Numbered from the stretch's first letter, positions 1 to 9,939 are shown. The stretch: 32,000 nt of DNA from Candidatus Peribacteria bacterium (GCA_023898485.1 CP060225.1:412824-444823), one strand, 5' to 3'. Made by a program: numbers and translations. The notes: generated from the letters alone by a model not told the origin.

Positions 1-265
<265 letters not shown>

Positions 266-476
266 ATGAAAAAGATGTTAGTATAAAAAGTATACGAGCA
301 TACGAGTGTACAAGATTTTTTATGTTTCGTTTCAACGTTTGGGCGTTTCAACAATTCACCACTATCGCACGCGGAAGGAAATAATGCGCGCAAATGGGAG
401 TTCTGTCACGGAGCACTATTTCGATGAGTCGAGCATAGTGATTGATTGGGTAGTTTGCAAGGGGTTTATTCATCTC

Positions 477-504
477 TTGCAATCATGCCATATGCGATTA
501 TATT
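477..504 (+). promoter_or_regulatory. sigma70-like promoter: TTGCAA (477-482), 16-nt spacer, TATATT (499-504)
   Basis: Hexamers read directly from the sequence, about 40 nt upstream of the ATG at 547. The same TTGCAA -35 hexamer recurs upstream of several other genes in this window. Confidence 0.45.
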
Positions 505-546
505 TGTTCACAGTGAAATGTGTTTTACTCTCTCCTTCTTGGCACC

Positions 547-1053
547 ATGAACAACCGTCGATTATTAGCATTGGGAGCATTACTCAGCATTGTACTTGCT
601 ATTGTCCTTTTCATCAATCCTGTAGAAGGTGCTCTAAGCATCATACTGTATCTTGGTATTCTCCTCTTAGTGTCTGGTATTCTCCTTGTAGTCAGTTGAT
701 TTAGGGGCCAGGATATGAAAGCGCCACTGCTGGTGAGTGGCTTATTTACCTTGGTTCTCGGTGTAGTATTTTTGACTCGCCCTGCTATTAGTGTTGAACT
801 TTTGGCAATCTTTTTGGGTATGTGGGGTGTCATCGCTGGTATTGGAACGCTTGTTTTCTCTTTCGATGTTGCCAAAAAAGTATTCACACATCGATGGTGA
901 TTCGTTGTCATTGGTCTCGTGGAATTAGTCTTATGAGTGATCATTATCAATAACCCTTTGGCTACCACTGTGGCTGTGACCTACCTCATCGCTGCCAATT
1001 TTTTGCTGTCGGGTATTATTTGGTTGATTATGGCTTTTCATAAGAGAGCATAA
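547..1053 (+). CDS. HdeD/DUF308-family small membrane protein
   Basis: MNNRRLLALGALLSIVLAIVLFINPVEGALSIILYLGILLLVSGILLVVS[G]FRGQDMKAPLLVSGLFTLVLGVVFLTRPAISVELLAIFLGMWGVIAGIGTLVFSF..HRW[G]FVVIGLVELVL[G]VIIINNPLATTVAVTYLIAANFLLSGIIWLIMAFHKRA. This is the repeated-TM architecture typical of HdeD. Three in-frame TGAs (e.g. 697-699) join track ORF 715..900 to its flanking sequence. TAA stop at 1051-1053. Confidence 0.75.
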
Positions 1054-1080
1054 ATATTTATACTTATGCTTTTAAAAAAG

Positions 1081-1106
1081 AAACACCCTCACGTGGGTGT
1101 TTTTAT
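1081..1106. terminator. bidirectional intrinsic terminator between convergent genes
   Basis: Hairpin AAACACCC-tcacgt-GGGTGTTT, flanked by an A-run on the left and a T-run on the right. It therefore gives hairpin plus U-tract on both strands. It lies directly after the HdeD-like stop and abuts the stop of the minus-strand flavoprotein gene. Confidence 0.7.
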
Positions 1107-2326
1107 ATACTCTCCCCCACTACAGCCGCACTAGCCCAACATCGTTGCAGATTGTATCATCCAGTCACACCATCCACATCTACCACTTCACCTGCGAAAT
1201 AGAGTCAGGGGACAAGACGAGACTGCATCGTCTGGGGATCTATCTCTTCACGAGCGACACCACCTGCGGTGACGAATTCATCACCTGGTCTGCGTCCCAC
1301 AATAGTAATGGGTAATCCGTTTCCAAGCAGTGAAGAAAGATTCAGACGCTGATCACGAGTCAGGGTGCCGATGGGAGTCTGCATGTCGATTCACGTCTGA
1401 TGGATCACTGCTTCCGCGAAACGTTTGGGGAAGTGTTGTGAGAGTATGGTAAAAATAGTTTTGCGAGGGTGATCTGCTACTGCATCAAGTAAGAGCTGAT
1501 CTCGATCATCTGCAGATGTGGTAGCATCAGGCTGGAAATGGATGGATAATGGATGATCTTGCGAGATCGTCTCAAATGCAGACTGTGATGCGAGGACGAA
1601 CGTAGCCGGTCACGAGAGGCCAAAGTGTGTCAAAAGTACTGGTCAGGTACATGATCCACCATGTCGTGTCAGACGAGCGCTAGGGAAAGCGATTCATGAG
1701 AGTTCGTGGAGATATTTTTGGGTGGTGAGGAAACTATTGAGCGAGGGACCAAGTGGCGTCACTCTATGTCCGAGCATACGAGCAAAAGCGTATCCATCAC
1801 CTGTCGATCAGGTCTGGGTGTATGCATTGCCTCCTGTCGTGATCACGACGCGATTGAAGTGATAGGTGTCTTGATCAGTGGTGAGGGTAAATCAGTCTTC
1901 ATCATGTGTGATACTCTTTACTCATTCTCTGAAATGAAGGGAAACTCCCCTCTCAGCGAACAGCTGCTCGTACATACCCACCACCTCACGTCCATCATCC
2001 GAGACAGGGAAGACTCTGTGGTCTGACTCCTCTTTGGTCCTGATCCCACGATCTTCGAATCGTTGACGGATTTTTTTGGGAGAGTATTGTTTGAAAATCT
2101 GCTGAGCAAACTCCCCTCCTCTGGTATAATGAGGAAGTAAATCACGCGATCTATAGTAGCCAGTAGTTAGGTTGCAGCGTCATCAGCCAGAAATAATCAC
2201 TTTGGCACCGAGTGATTTGTTCTTCTCAAATATGGTGATAGTTCACTGGAAATCATCCCTGAGCGCGAGTGTAGCTGCCGTCATCATACCTGCAGCTCCT
2301 CCTCCTATGATGGCTACTTTTGTCAT
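1103..2326 (-). CDS. NAD(P)/FAD-dependent oxidoreductase, HI0933/YhiN (BaiN-like) family
   Basis: MTKVAIIGGGAAGMMTAA (GxGxxG) ..KVIISG[G][G]RCNLT (TGA-TGA at 2180-2185) ..TQT[G]STGDGYAFARMLGH..LLTHFGLS[G]PATF..EFVTAGGV..VP[G]LYFAGEVVDVDGVTG[G]YNLQRCWAS. About a dozen in-frame TGAs, each at a Gly-consensus position of this family. TAA stop at 1103-1105. The track ORF 1918..2145 is in the wrong frame. Confidence 0.9.
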
Positions 2327-2725
2327 TTATTCCGTTGTCCTCCCGTCAAAATCTTCGTCATCCTGCTCGGCTTGTGCTTTGGTTGCATGGATGATGCCAT
2401 CGCGATGGTGAGGTGGAGAGTAGAGCGTATACATCTGTAGTGGATCAGTCGTGGAAATATTGATGATATTATGTTCTGCTCCTGCCGGTATGATGATTGC
2501 TACACCATCATGGAGATCATACTCATGTCCATCGATGATCGCTTTTCACTGACCTGATTCGAAGCGAAAAAATTGATCATTATCATGATGGACTTCAAGT
2601 CCAATCTCTTCCTCTGGCTGAAGTGACATGAGGACAAGCTGGGTATGCTTTCCTGTATAGAGTACTTTGCGAAAGTTGGTATTATCATGTGTTTGCTGTT
2701 CAATATTGGTGTGATATCAGTGCAT
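2327..2725 (-). CDS. cupin-domain protein
   Basis: MH[G]YHTNIEQQTHDNTNFRKVLYTGKHTQLVLMSLQPEEEIGLEVHHDNDQFFRFESGQ[G]KAIIDGHEYDLHDGVAIIIPAGAEHNIINIS.. (cupin_2-like G..H.H and PAG..HN motifs). Its TAA stop (2327-2329) directly abuts the ATG (2326) of the downstream flavoprotein gene, which indicates an operon. Confidence 0.8.
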
Positions 2726-2758
2726 GGTACCTGCCTATAAAAAAGTAAATATATCTAT

Positions 2759-2787
2759 ACTATAATAGATATTGCCTATGTTTTCAA
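2759..2787 (-). promoter_or_regulatory. sigma70-like promoter: TTGAAA, 17-nt spacer, TATAGT (minus strand)
   Basis: On the minus strand, TTGAAA (2787-2782), the 17-nt spacer acataggcaatatctat, then TATAGT (2764-2759). This lies about 35 nt upstream of the cupin ATG at 2725. Confidence 0.5.
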
Positions 2788-2824
2788 TGGTAGAAATGGT
2801 GAGTACATATACGACGATTGTGTT

Positions 2825-3427
2825 TTACAAAGGTATATTGACGCCCAATTTTTTGAGCAGGAAATCATAGAGTACAAAGGTCGCTCCAAACACGAAGATA
2901 GTAATAATGATCTTGTATGTGGATCTATGTTTTTGGTATGTGATGCGATCAGCATGGGTGGCGACATCCATCATCTCATCACCGAAATAGATCGAAAACA
3001 CCGTCCCTATGATCGAGAGTACGATGATACCCCAGAACGGTCGTGGTTGGGAGAGGATATGGTAAAAAAGATTGAGAATCACCGTTTTGGTATATATCTC
3101 TGGCATCGCAAAGTAGGTATAGAGATTGAGTCCTGCAGCTATCACAAACGCTGCCAACTGTGTATAGAGCATCCTCACATGGAGGAGAAGTCTCACTGGA
3201 AATGCCAAGATAAACCCCGCATCTGCTATCGGCGTACAGAAGACGAAAAATGACCATGTTAACACTGTCACCAGCAGCCCATCACTCGTGCCAAATTTGT
3301 GCGCCATGTAGAAAAAATATCCTACTACGATCAAAATAAGAAGAAAAAATCTGACGAGGGCTTCTTTTTTGGTAGGGTGACGTGTGAGGTGAGTCAGGTC
3401 GGGGTTGGTGGTCTGAGACATGATCAT
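2825..3427 (-). CDS. hypothetical polytopic membrane protein
   Basis: Uninterrupted ORF with no internal TGA. It has 5-6 hydrophobic segments (..ALVRFFLLILIVVGYFFYMAHKF..LLVTVLTWSFFVFCTPIADAGFILAFPV..). The start is ambiguous (3451, 3427 or 3421). TAA stop. I recognise no family. Confidence 0.6.
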   Translation of the reverse strand: MIMSQTTNPDLTHLTRHPTKKEALVRFFLLILIVVGYFFYMAHKFGTSDGLLVTVLTWSFFVFCTPIADAGFILAFPVRLLLHVRMLYTQLAAFVIAAGLNLYTYFAMPEIYTKTVILNLFYHILSQPRPFWGIIVLSIIGTVFSIYFGDEMMDVATHADRITYQKHRSTYKIIITIFVFGATFVLYDFLLKKLGVNIPL

Positions 3428-3466
3428 TGGTACAAGTAAATCTCCCTGCACTATACGAGACCTACA

Positions 3467-4228
3467 CTATTTAGCAACAGCAACTGTCACCTGTGCAGTA
3501 CCAGACCACGGATCGCCTGCCATCATGTTTTCGCTCAAGATCAGCTGATAGCCGCCGTTTTGTGTGAGATCATAGGTGGTATCTAGTCCAAATGGCCCAT
3601 CCATCGAGCCATCAGGCATGATGATCTGTGAGAGGCGGAGATTAGCGCCTGTCTGACCAGCTGGAAGCACAATATCTACACTAAGCTGAGTAAATCCATC
3701 ATTGATGAAGGAGATAGTGTCACTCTGCTCTGCTTCATGGTAAACTGTAAATGTTTTGGTCGTGTTCACATCATCGAAAGAGAGTGTGTACTCGTGATTC
3801 GCCCCTGAGACATCATCAGTGAGTGGAGCCTGGACACCATCCACATTTTCAAACACTCCCGCAAAGGGAGATAACCTCATTACTTTATTAGTATCTTTAT
3901 AGAATCTATATACTTCTGTAGAGTAATTAAGGGGATTTGCTTTTTGTATTTCATCAGCATTTTGTGGCAGAAATGCTACTTCATAATAATTTCCCTGATC
4001 CAGACCAGTAAAGAATAGGTTTTCTATACAGTCTTTTTGATTTGATAAGCACAAGTCTTGTAGATACCCATCTACCGCAGTATCAGTAATAAGAACCTGG
4101 CGTACGCTCTCTATACTAGCCTGAGTATCACTCGCACCGCTATCGATCGTATCCTCTGGTGGTACGACCGTGGTGCAGGCGGTGAGAACAAAAATGACAG
4201 TAAGTAATGATACAATAGATAGATTCAT
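3467..4228 (-). CDS. putative lipoprotein, unknown function
   Basis: Starting at an internal Met gives MNLSIVSLLTVIFVLTAC, a signal peptide plus lipobox (L-T-A-C), followed by a hydrophilic Thr/Asp-rich mature domain. TAG stop at 3467-3469. Confidence 0.65.
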   Translation of the reverse strand: MNLSIVSLLTVIFVLTACTTVVPPEDTIDSGASDTQASIESVRQVLITDTAVDGYLQDLCLSNQKDCIENLFFTGLDQGNYYEVAFLPQNADEIQKANPLNYSTEVYRFYKDTNKVMRLSPFAGVFENVDGVQAPLTDDVSGANHEYTLSFDDVNTTKTFTVYHEAEQSDTISFINDGFTQLSVDIVLPAGQTGANLRLSQIIMPDGSMDGPFGLDTTYDLTQNGGYQLILSENMMAGDPWSGTAQVTVAVAK

Positions 4229-4382
4229 CAAATAACATAATAGGGTAAAATATGTTTTTTGTGTATAGTCTAATGCCATGTAATAACAAGAAAAAAATAC
4301 TCCCCTCGCAAACCACTCTCACATCATTAATAGAAAGAAAAAATATTTTGAGGACTTTCTCTATGAATAGAGTCATAAAAAC

Positions 4383-4410
4383 TTGCAATTATAATACAAA
4401 TTATTACTAT
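4383..4410 (+). promoter_or_regulatory. candidate promoter: TTGCAA, 16-nt spacer, TACTAT
   Basis: TTGCAA at 4383-4388 and TACTAT at 4405-4410, about 30 nt upstream of the antitoxin ATG. The -10 is weak and the region is AT-rich. Confidence 0.3.
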
Positions 4411-4440
4411 TGTGTTATATTTATCATATATGTTATACCT

Positions 4441-4689
4441 ATGGCTACAATTACCGCAAGGGTGGATGATGCTGTCAAAGTTGATCTCTATGCGATTGCT
4501 AAGGAAATCGGCATCCCTGTGTCTTCTCTTTTCAATGCATGGGCAAAAGATTTGATTCGTACCAAAAAAGTATCATTTGCCGTGGATGATGAGACTCTTG
4601 AAGATGAAGAAATGTATGCAAATGCATATGCAATCAAAAAAAGAGCTGAACAATCTATTGCATCATGACGTTCATCTTTAGTCATATAA
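4441..4689 (+). CDS. RelB/DinJ-family type II antitoxin
   Basis: MATITARVDDAVKVDLYAIAKEIGIPVSSLFNAWAKDLIRTKKVSF.. is a ribbon-helix-helix DinJ/RelB-like N-terminus. It sits immediately upstream of a RelE-like toxin. The TGA at 4666-4668 is read through (..SIAS[G]RSSLVI) to the TAA at 4687-4689. Confidence 0.7.
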
Positions 4690-4698
4690 TATTTTTCT

Positions 4699-4944
4699 AT
4701 GGCATTCTTTTTTACTGAACAAGCGAAAAAAGAATTTTTGTCATTGGACAAATCAGCACAATCAATGATCCGCAAAAAACTTGAAAAAATAAAGCAATGA
4801 TGATGATATTCACTCAAACCGATCATCAACCTACCTCCTTACACTCATAGACTCAGGGTGGGTGACTATAGGTTACTCCTCAGGCAGTGTGATGATGGAT
4901 ATGAAATCCTTACACTCTGACACAGATCTACTATCTATCTCTAA
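4699..4944 (+). CDS. RelE/ParE-family type II toxin
   Basis: MAFFFTEQAKKEFLSLDKSAQSMIRKKLEKIKQ[G][G][G]YSLKPIINLPPYTHRLRVGDYRLLLRQCDDGYEILTL[G]HRSTIYL. The RLRVGDYR.....I..GHR..IY core is typical of RelE/ParE. There are four in-frame TGAs, three of them consecutive at 4798-4806. TAA stop at 4942-4944. Confidence 0.75.
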
Positions 4945-4954
4945 TCATCTCTCT

Positions 4955-6403
4955 ATGCAAAAAAACACTATCCTCTCCTCTGTCACCATCAGCGAACTCG
5001 ATCAGAGTGGTGTGGGGATCATCCATATCGAATGACAGGACAGACCCATCGAAGTGTCGGGCGGGGTGCTTCCGGGTATGGTCTGCGATGTTCGTGTGGT
5101 CAAAAAGACGAGAAACAAGATCATTGGTAGAATCATCGCTATCCATGATGCTGGTCCCTATGCGACGCTGACGCCCCGCTGTAGTCATACCGTCCAGTCT
5201 CAGGGAGACGAACACAAGGTCTGATGCGGTGGTTGCAAACGACAGACTGTCACCTACACCGATCAGCTAAAACTCAAAAAGAAAGCTGTCGAGCAATGCA
5301 TCTATGGCGAGTGAATCGCATGCGAAGTCCGTGAGACGCTGCCTGCGCCGGATATCCGATGATATAGGAACAAGGTCGAGTACAGCTTCGGCAACTACAT
5401 CACGGGTGCTGGTCCCGACAAACGCATCCTGAGCCATCGATCGATGGGTTTCAACAAGCAGGGGCAGTTTGGGAAGATCGTGGATATCGATCACTGTGAT
5501 CTCGTCGATGAAAAGGTAAACGATATCATGAATCATCTCAAAAATCTCCTCAGACCCTTCCCGACGTACGATCAGAGACGTCACGAATGAGTGCTCAGAT
5601 ACTGTATGATCCGTGAAGGAAAAGGTGCAGATGAACTCATGGTCGTCCTCTCGATCTCTCATCAAGGAGAGAGGGTTGATGAGGTATTATGAGTTTTGCA
5701 ACAAGATAATTTTCTCTGTGAGCAGGTGACGACGATGATGGTTATCGAGCATGATGGACTGGGTGGAGTGATCGCTGATCGCGATTCGACCCGGCATACG
5801 CTACGAGGTGATGGAACAACACAGGAAATATTGCATATTGATGGGAAGTCGTTTGCTTTCTCACTGTCACCACAGTCATTCTTCCAGACGAATACGAGAG
5901 GATGTGAACTCCTCTACTCTACCGTGGCCAATATTCTCCAAGAATCACAAGCCACCACGCTCTACGATCTCTACTGTGGGACAGGGACGATCGGGCAGAT
6001 CATCGGATCACTGGTACCGAGTGTGCAGAAGGTGATCGGTATCGATATCGTACCCGAAGCGATCGATGACGCCAGAGCCAACGCGGAGCGTCTGGGTGTA
6101 GCCTTCCAGACCGAGTATCATGCAGGTCCTGTCGAAGCCATCTTCCCGACACTGACGGTCGATCAGGCGAGCACGATCATCGTCGATCCTCCGAGAGCAG
6201 GTCTCCATCAGTGAGCCATCGATACACTGATCGAGATCAAAAAAGCATATCCTCAGATGAAGTTGTGCTATGTCTCGTGCAATCCTGCGACGCTTGCTCG
6301 TGATTTAGCACTATTGCAACAAGTGTATCGTATCGAGAGCGTCCAGCCGGTGGATATGTTCCCTCATACGCATCATGTGGAGACAGTGATTAGTTTGAGC
6401 TAG
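4955..6403 (+). CDS. 23S rRNA (uracil-5-)-methyltransferase, RumA/RlmD (TrmA) family
   Basis: TRAM-like N-terminus ([17 protein letters not shown][G][23 protein letters not shown]), Fe-S Cys cluster (PRC..V[G]CGGCK), then ..FFQTN.., [22 protein letters not shown] and [12 protein letters not shown]. Six in-frame TGAs join the upstream sequence (untracked in this frame) to track ORF 5696..6214 and its downstream continuation. TAG stop at 6401-6403. Confidence 0.9.
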
Positions 6404-7221
6404 TGAAACTGTAATACGTTAATTTTTTCTTTAATGTTGTGTACTGTGGCAGTCTTTGATTCTATTTGGTCTAAAATGCTAATCATATCATCCTTGTTGT
6501 ATGACATTGTTATTTTAATAACGTGTTTGGTTAATATTTTTTCTATTTTATCCAAAATCCACGAATATTGAATTTTATTATCTAATGCAATTTTTAAAGC
6601 ACTAAAATATCAGGAGAGTGCGTTTGATGGTACTGGAGAACTTCTGTTGAGTCGGCTATCAGCCTCCATAACAAGAATATCCCTATTTAAATAGACTACC
6701 TCTCTTTTCACTTTATTAATTTTTTCTTCACATAGACTATTAATTCTCCCCTCTATCTTTATTACATCAGCTAATCTACTGTCTATATCACTCAATAGTC
6801 CTTCCCTATCTTTTCAGACGCTTTTCATCATATTTTTAATTTTTTCATCAATTAGTAATTCATAATCTCTTCTCTCTTTATCAATAACATTTAATTCTTT
6901 TTTAATATCTTCTGATAATTCATTTTTTAATTCTGCTTTATTGGATTTACTTCTCACATCAGCGATATAAAAATTTCAACCAACAACCATCAACAATACT
7001 GTCAACATTCATCATAAAGCCCAATATACTGTATTTGTAATTTTATTATATATTTCTGATCTTTCTTGATATAGTATCTCATATATACTTTCATCTTGTT
7101 TGATTTTCTCTGTAGTTCCACTATCAACAATTACACTCACTTCTTCTGCAAGATTTCATGTTGCTGACACAATAGACAAACTCACTCAGACCAACAACAA
7201 CAAAGATATCATTTTTTTCAT
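6400..7221 (-). CDS. hypothetical secreted/membrane-anchored coiled-coil protein (very AT-rich gene)
   Basis: [11 protein letters not shown][G]VSLSIVSAT[G]NLAEE.. (signal peptide), one TM segment (VYWAL[G][G][10 protein letters not shown][G]NFYIA), then a Lys/Glu/Ile-rich heptad-like region. About 7 in-frame TGAs. The TAG stop at 6400-6402 overlaps the TAG of the convergent RumA gene (shared CTAG). Confidence 0.55.
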
Positions 7222-7287
7222 TTATAAAAATTATATACAAGTAAATATTTCTTGTAATATAAACAAACCTACACTCTTATGCAATCA

Positions 7288-7578
7288 TTATCCCTTCCTA
7301 AAAAACTCTGTTCTCAAAAATATCGTACCATTTTTGGGTGATTTGGCGCGGACGTGGGTCGGATCGTCAGTGAGAGAAATATTGGTAAATTTTTCTCACT
7401 GTTTAATATCAGTGCCACCTTTGACGGGGAGATTTTTGATAGCGATGATGCTATCTCCATTGGCTAATTCGTTACCATTAGCATCTCGCGTCTTCTGTGC
7501 TTTGAGATGTTCTTTTCGCTCTTCGAGGGGCATAGGGATGACATTTCGGTCTTCGTCGTAGTAGATTTCTGAGGTCAT
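7288..7578 (-). CDS. PhnA-domain protein (C-terminal PhnA domain only)
   Basis: ..RDANGNELANGDSIIAIKNLPVKGGTDIKQ[G]EKFTNISLTDDPTHVRAKSPKNGTIFLRTEFFRKG matches the PhnA C-terminal domain pattern (DxNGNxLxDGDS..IKDLxVKG....K.G..V..I.L). I see no N-terminal zinc ribbon. One in-frame TGA at 7396-7398. TAA stop. Confidence 0.75.
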
Positions 7579-7650
7579 ACGTCATGGTGTGATAAAGGAC
7601 TACATTTTGGTCTGTATATGGTTTTGGAGTATCTATCGCAAGCTTTTGTC

Positions 7651-7679
7651 TTGCAAGATGAGGACCACATACATATAGA
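7651..7679 (+). promoter_or_regulatory. promoter of the tRNA pair: TTGCAA, 17-nt spacer, TATAGA
   Basis: TTGCAA at 7651-7656 and TATAGA at 7674-7679. tRNA-Pro begins 11 nt downstream of the -10. Confidence 0.55.
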
Positions 7680-7689
7680 TGATACGCAT

Positions 7690-7763
7690 CGGGATATAGC
7701 TCAGATGGCTAGAGCGCAAGGCTGGGGGTCTTGAGGCCGCAGGTTCGAGTCCTGTTATCCCGA
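7690..7763 (+). tRNA. tRNA-Pro (anticodon GGG)
   Basis: Hand-folded cloverleaf: acceptor CGGGATA/TATCCCG, D-arm GCTC..GAGC, anticodon stem CAAGG/TCTTG with loop CT-GGG-GG (G37), T-arm GCAGG-TTCGAGT-CCTGT, discriminator A73. No CCA is encoded. Confidence 0.85.
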
Positions 7764-7766
7764 GAT

Positions 7767-7848
7767 GCCGAGGTGATGGAATTGGTAGACATGTACGCTT
7801 CAGGTGCGTATGCCGCAAGGTGTGTGGGTTCGACTCCCATCCTCGGTA
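7767..7848 (+). tRNA. tRNA-Leu (anticodon CAG), type II with long variable arm
   Basis: Acceptor GCCGAGG/CCTCGGT, anticodon stem TACGC/GCGTA with loop TT-CAG-GT, long variable arm TGCCGCAAGGTGT, T-arm GTGGG-TTCGACT-CCCAT, discriminator A73. It starts 3 nt after tRNA-Pro. Confidence 0.85.
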
Positions 7849-7881
7849 ATTCACGTAATTTTGATTATTCATCATATATCT

Positions 7882-8334
7882 ATGAAAACACGACTTCGTC
7901 AGCCACACACGATCATTATCGTTTTGGCAATCATCGCTATACTCAATGCTGTGTATCTCACCAGTGTCGCATATGGCTGATCATCTGTCTGTGATATCAA
8001 TGCAACACTCTCCTGTGGTGGTGTCTTCGGATTTTCATGGGCATGGATAGGTGGGATACCTTTTCCTGTGATCGCGCTTGTGGTCTATCCTGTCTTAGGC
8101 TTCCTCGCTTGGAAAGGAAGAAAGTATAACAAAAATAGCATCAGACGATGGAAGTACGTCCGCGTCATTTCTGGTCTGGGTATGCTATTCAATCTGTATT
8201 TTCTCTATCACGAAATTATTAGCGGTGTGTACTGTCCTTTCTGCTTGATTTGCTTAGTAATCATTATAACAATTTTTGTAACAAGCTGGAAAGAAGTGAG
8301 GCACCTTACACATACCGGACAACATCATCAATAG
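7882..8334 (+). CDS. vitamin K epoxide reductase (VKOR)-family membrane protein
   Basis: MKTRLRQPHTIIIVLAIIAILNAVYLTSVAYG[G]SSVCDINATLSCGGVFGFSWAWIGGIPFPV..GVYCPFCLICLVIII. It has the loop Cys pair (C..C) and the TM CxxC (CPFC) typical of bacterial VKOR. One in-frame TGA. TAG stop at 8332-8334. Confidence 0.8.
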
Positions 8335-8348
8335 ATCATTGATCAACA

Positions 8349-9239
8349 CTATATATTACTCGTATACTGTCCACTTTCGAGTGCTTCGATCCTTTGCTCA
8401 ACAGTAGGATGAGACCTAAACATTCATTTTAAGTCTCCAAAGATCATCAACTGAGAGGTTGCATTTTCTTTGAGTTGATATTTTTTGGTTTGAAAGGCCG
8501 TGTCTAGCTTGCGAAGAGCTGCTATCATAGGTGTCGGTGTATGCATAAACTCTGCCGCACCTGCATCAGCATGATATTCTCTTTTGCGTGAATAACTCAT
8601 TAAAACCAATGACGCCAATACACCCAATACTATGTTGAAAAATATATGCAGACCCAAACGAACTAATCCTGATATTTTGTCGTCTACCAACGAAGCGACA
8701 ATATTGCTTAGTACATTAGAAAAGAAAATAATGAACGCATTCAATACTCACTGCAATAGTGTCATGGATACCATATCACCATTCAGCACATGTGCCATCT
8801 CATGTCCAACGACTGCCCTGACCTCATCATCAGTCATCAGTTGCAATAATCCTGTCGAGACAGCTACAAGTGCAGTATTCTTGCTTGCTCCAGTAGCAAA
8901 TGCATTGGGCTGAGTAGACTCGTAGATACCTACTTCAGGTATCGTTATATTGTGGTCATTCGCGACTGATGCGACCATTTGGTAGACGACACGTTCACGA
9001 AAGTCTGTATTATTTTCATCAATAATATGAATCTTATATGTCCATTTGGCGATTTGCTTGGACATCAATAATGAAAATAGTGATCACATCAATCATCGTA
9101 CGATAGACCAAATTATCAATCATGTATAGCTACCAGGTACTATATGTATGCCAAACTGACCGAGCACATATACAATTATATTGATCATAATAATGAATGC
9201 GAGATTGGTCAGAACGAAGAGTCAGATTCTTTTGAGCAT
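8349..9239 (-). CDS. htpX: zinc metalloprotease HtpX
   Basis: MLKRI[G]LFVLTNLAFIIMINI..LMSKQIAKWTYK..PNAFATGASKNTALVAVSTGLLQLMTDDEVRAVVGHEMAHVLNGDMV..YSRKREYHADAGAAEF..[G]MFRSHPTVEQRIEALE. It carries the HExxH motif and the typical HtpX N- and C-termini. About 7 in-frame TGAs join track ORFs 8748..9068 and 8424..8744. TAG stop. Confidence 0.9.
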
Positions 9240-9331
9240 AGGGAGAAATAATAATAAAAAGAGATGTTGAGGAGTATAACAGCTACTGAGTAACTCTTAG
9301 ACTGTGATCCTCGTGTGCTGTTATGTTATCG

Positions 9332-9790
9332 TTAGCCTGCAGGCAACGCCTCACACACGATACCATCATTGTCTCCATCGAGACCATACACATCGAGTTC
9401 GTTGAGGTCAGTAATGTTTGGGTTATTTTTGAGTATTTGATCCATGCATCCTTGATATTTTTCCTGTGCTTGGGCCTGAGTAGTAAAATCAATACAGTTA
9501 AGATCATCGGTCACACAGCTACCATAGAGTGTCACACCATCATTCGTGTGCTGGACTCTTGATGCCTGTATGTTACCACCCGTTTCGATCATCTTCCCCA
9601 AATCAATATCATAGTCCATGACCTGAATACCAATAGCTGCCAAGATAATAATCGCCAGACCGATAAGGAGGCCCTTCATCTTGCCGACGGTGAAGTATAA
9701 TACTATGATAATCACCAATAGCAGTATCATAAACCATATACGAGTCGACTTACGTTGACGTGCGTCAGAGAGAATCTTGGTAAGTGACAT
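9332..9790 (-). CDS. membrane-anchored Excalibur (calcium-binding) domain protein
   Basis: N-terminal TM segments, then a C-terminal ..DVYGLDGDNDGIVCEALPAG that matches the Excalibur DxDxDGxxCE motif. No internal TGA. TAA stop. The start is ambiguous (9790 or 9814). Confidence 0.7.
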   Translation of the reverse strand: MSLTKILSDARQRKSTRIWFMILLLVIIIVLYFTVGKMKGLLIGLAIIILAAIGIQVMDYDIDLGKMIETGGNIQASRVQHTNDGVTLYGSCVTDDLNCIDFTTQAQAQEKYQGCMDQILKNNPNITDLNELDVYGLDGDNDGIVCEALPAG

Positions 9791-9832
9791 GATTACTGAA
9801 AATATTAAAAACATTCCACTTGGATTTTAGTT

Positions 9833-9861
9833 ATTTTTGTATCTGTTTGCAAGGTGTCTCA
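9833..9861 (-). promoter_or_regulatory. promoter: TTGCAA, 17-nt spacer, TAAAAT (minus strand)
   Basis: On the minus strand, TTGCAA (9861-9856), the 17-nt spacer acagatacaaaaataac, then TAAAAT (9838-9833), upstream of the Excalibur-domain gene. Confidence 0.5.
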
Positions 9862-9939
9862 TCAACCGTAGCAGATGATATCGATGCTCTGATAGATATC
9901 GTGCAGAATGCGAAAGATACACTATTGTTTCTCTAAAGA

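Noticed and set aside
2180-2185. TGA read as Trp (table 4) or as selenocysteine
   Set aside because: The TGA positions fall in Gly-specific motifs: SGGGRCN, TGGYNLQ, GLSGPA and the G of the DEAD-box Q-motif. They are far too frequent (dozens in 32 kb, including doublets and a triplet) and lack any SECIS-like context.
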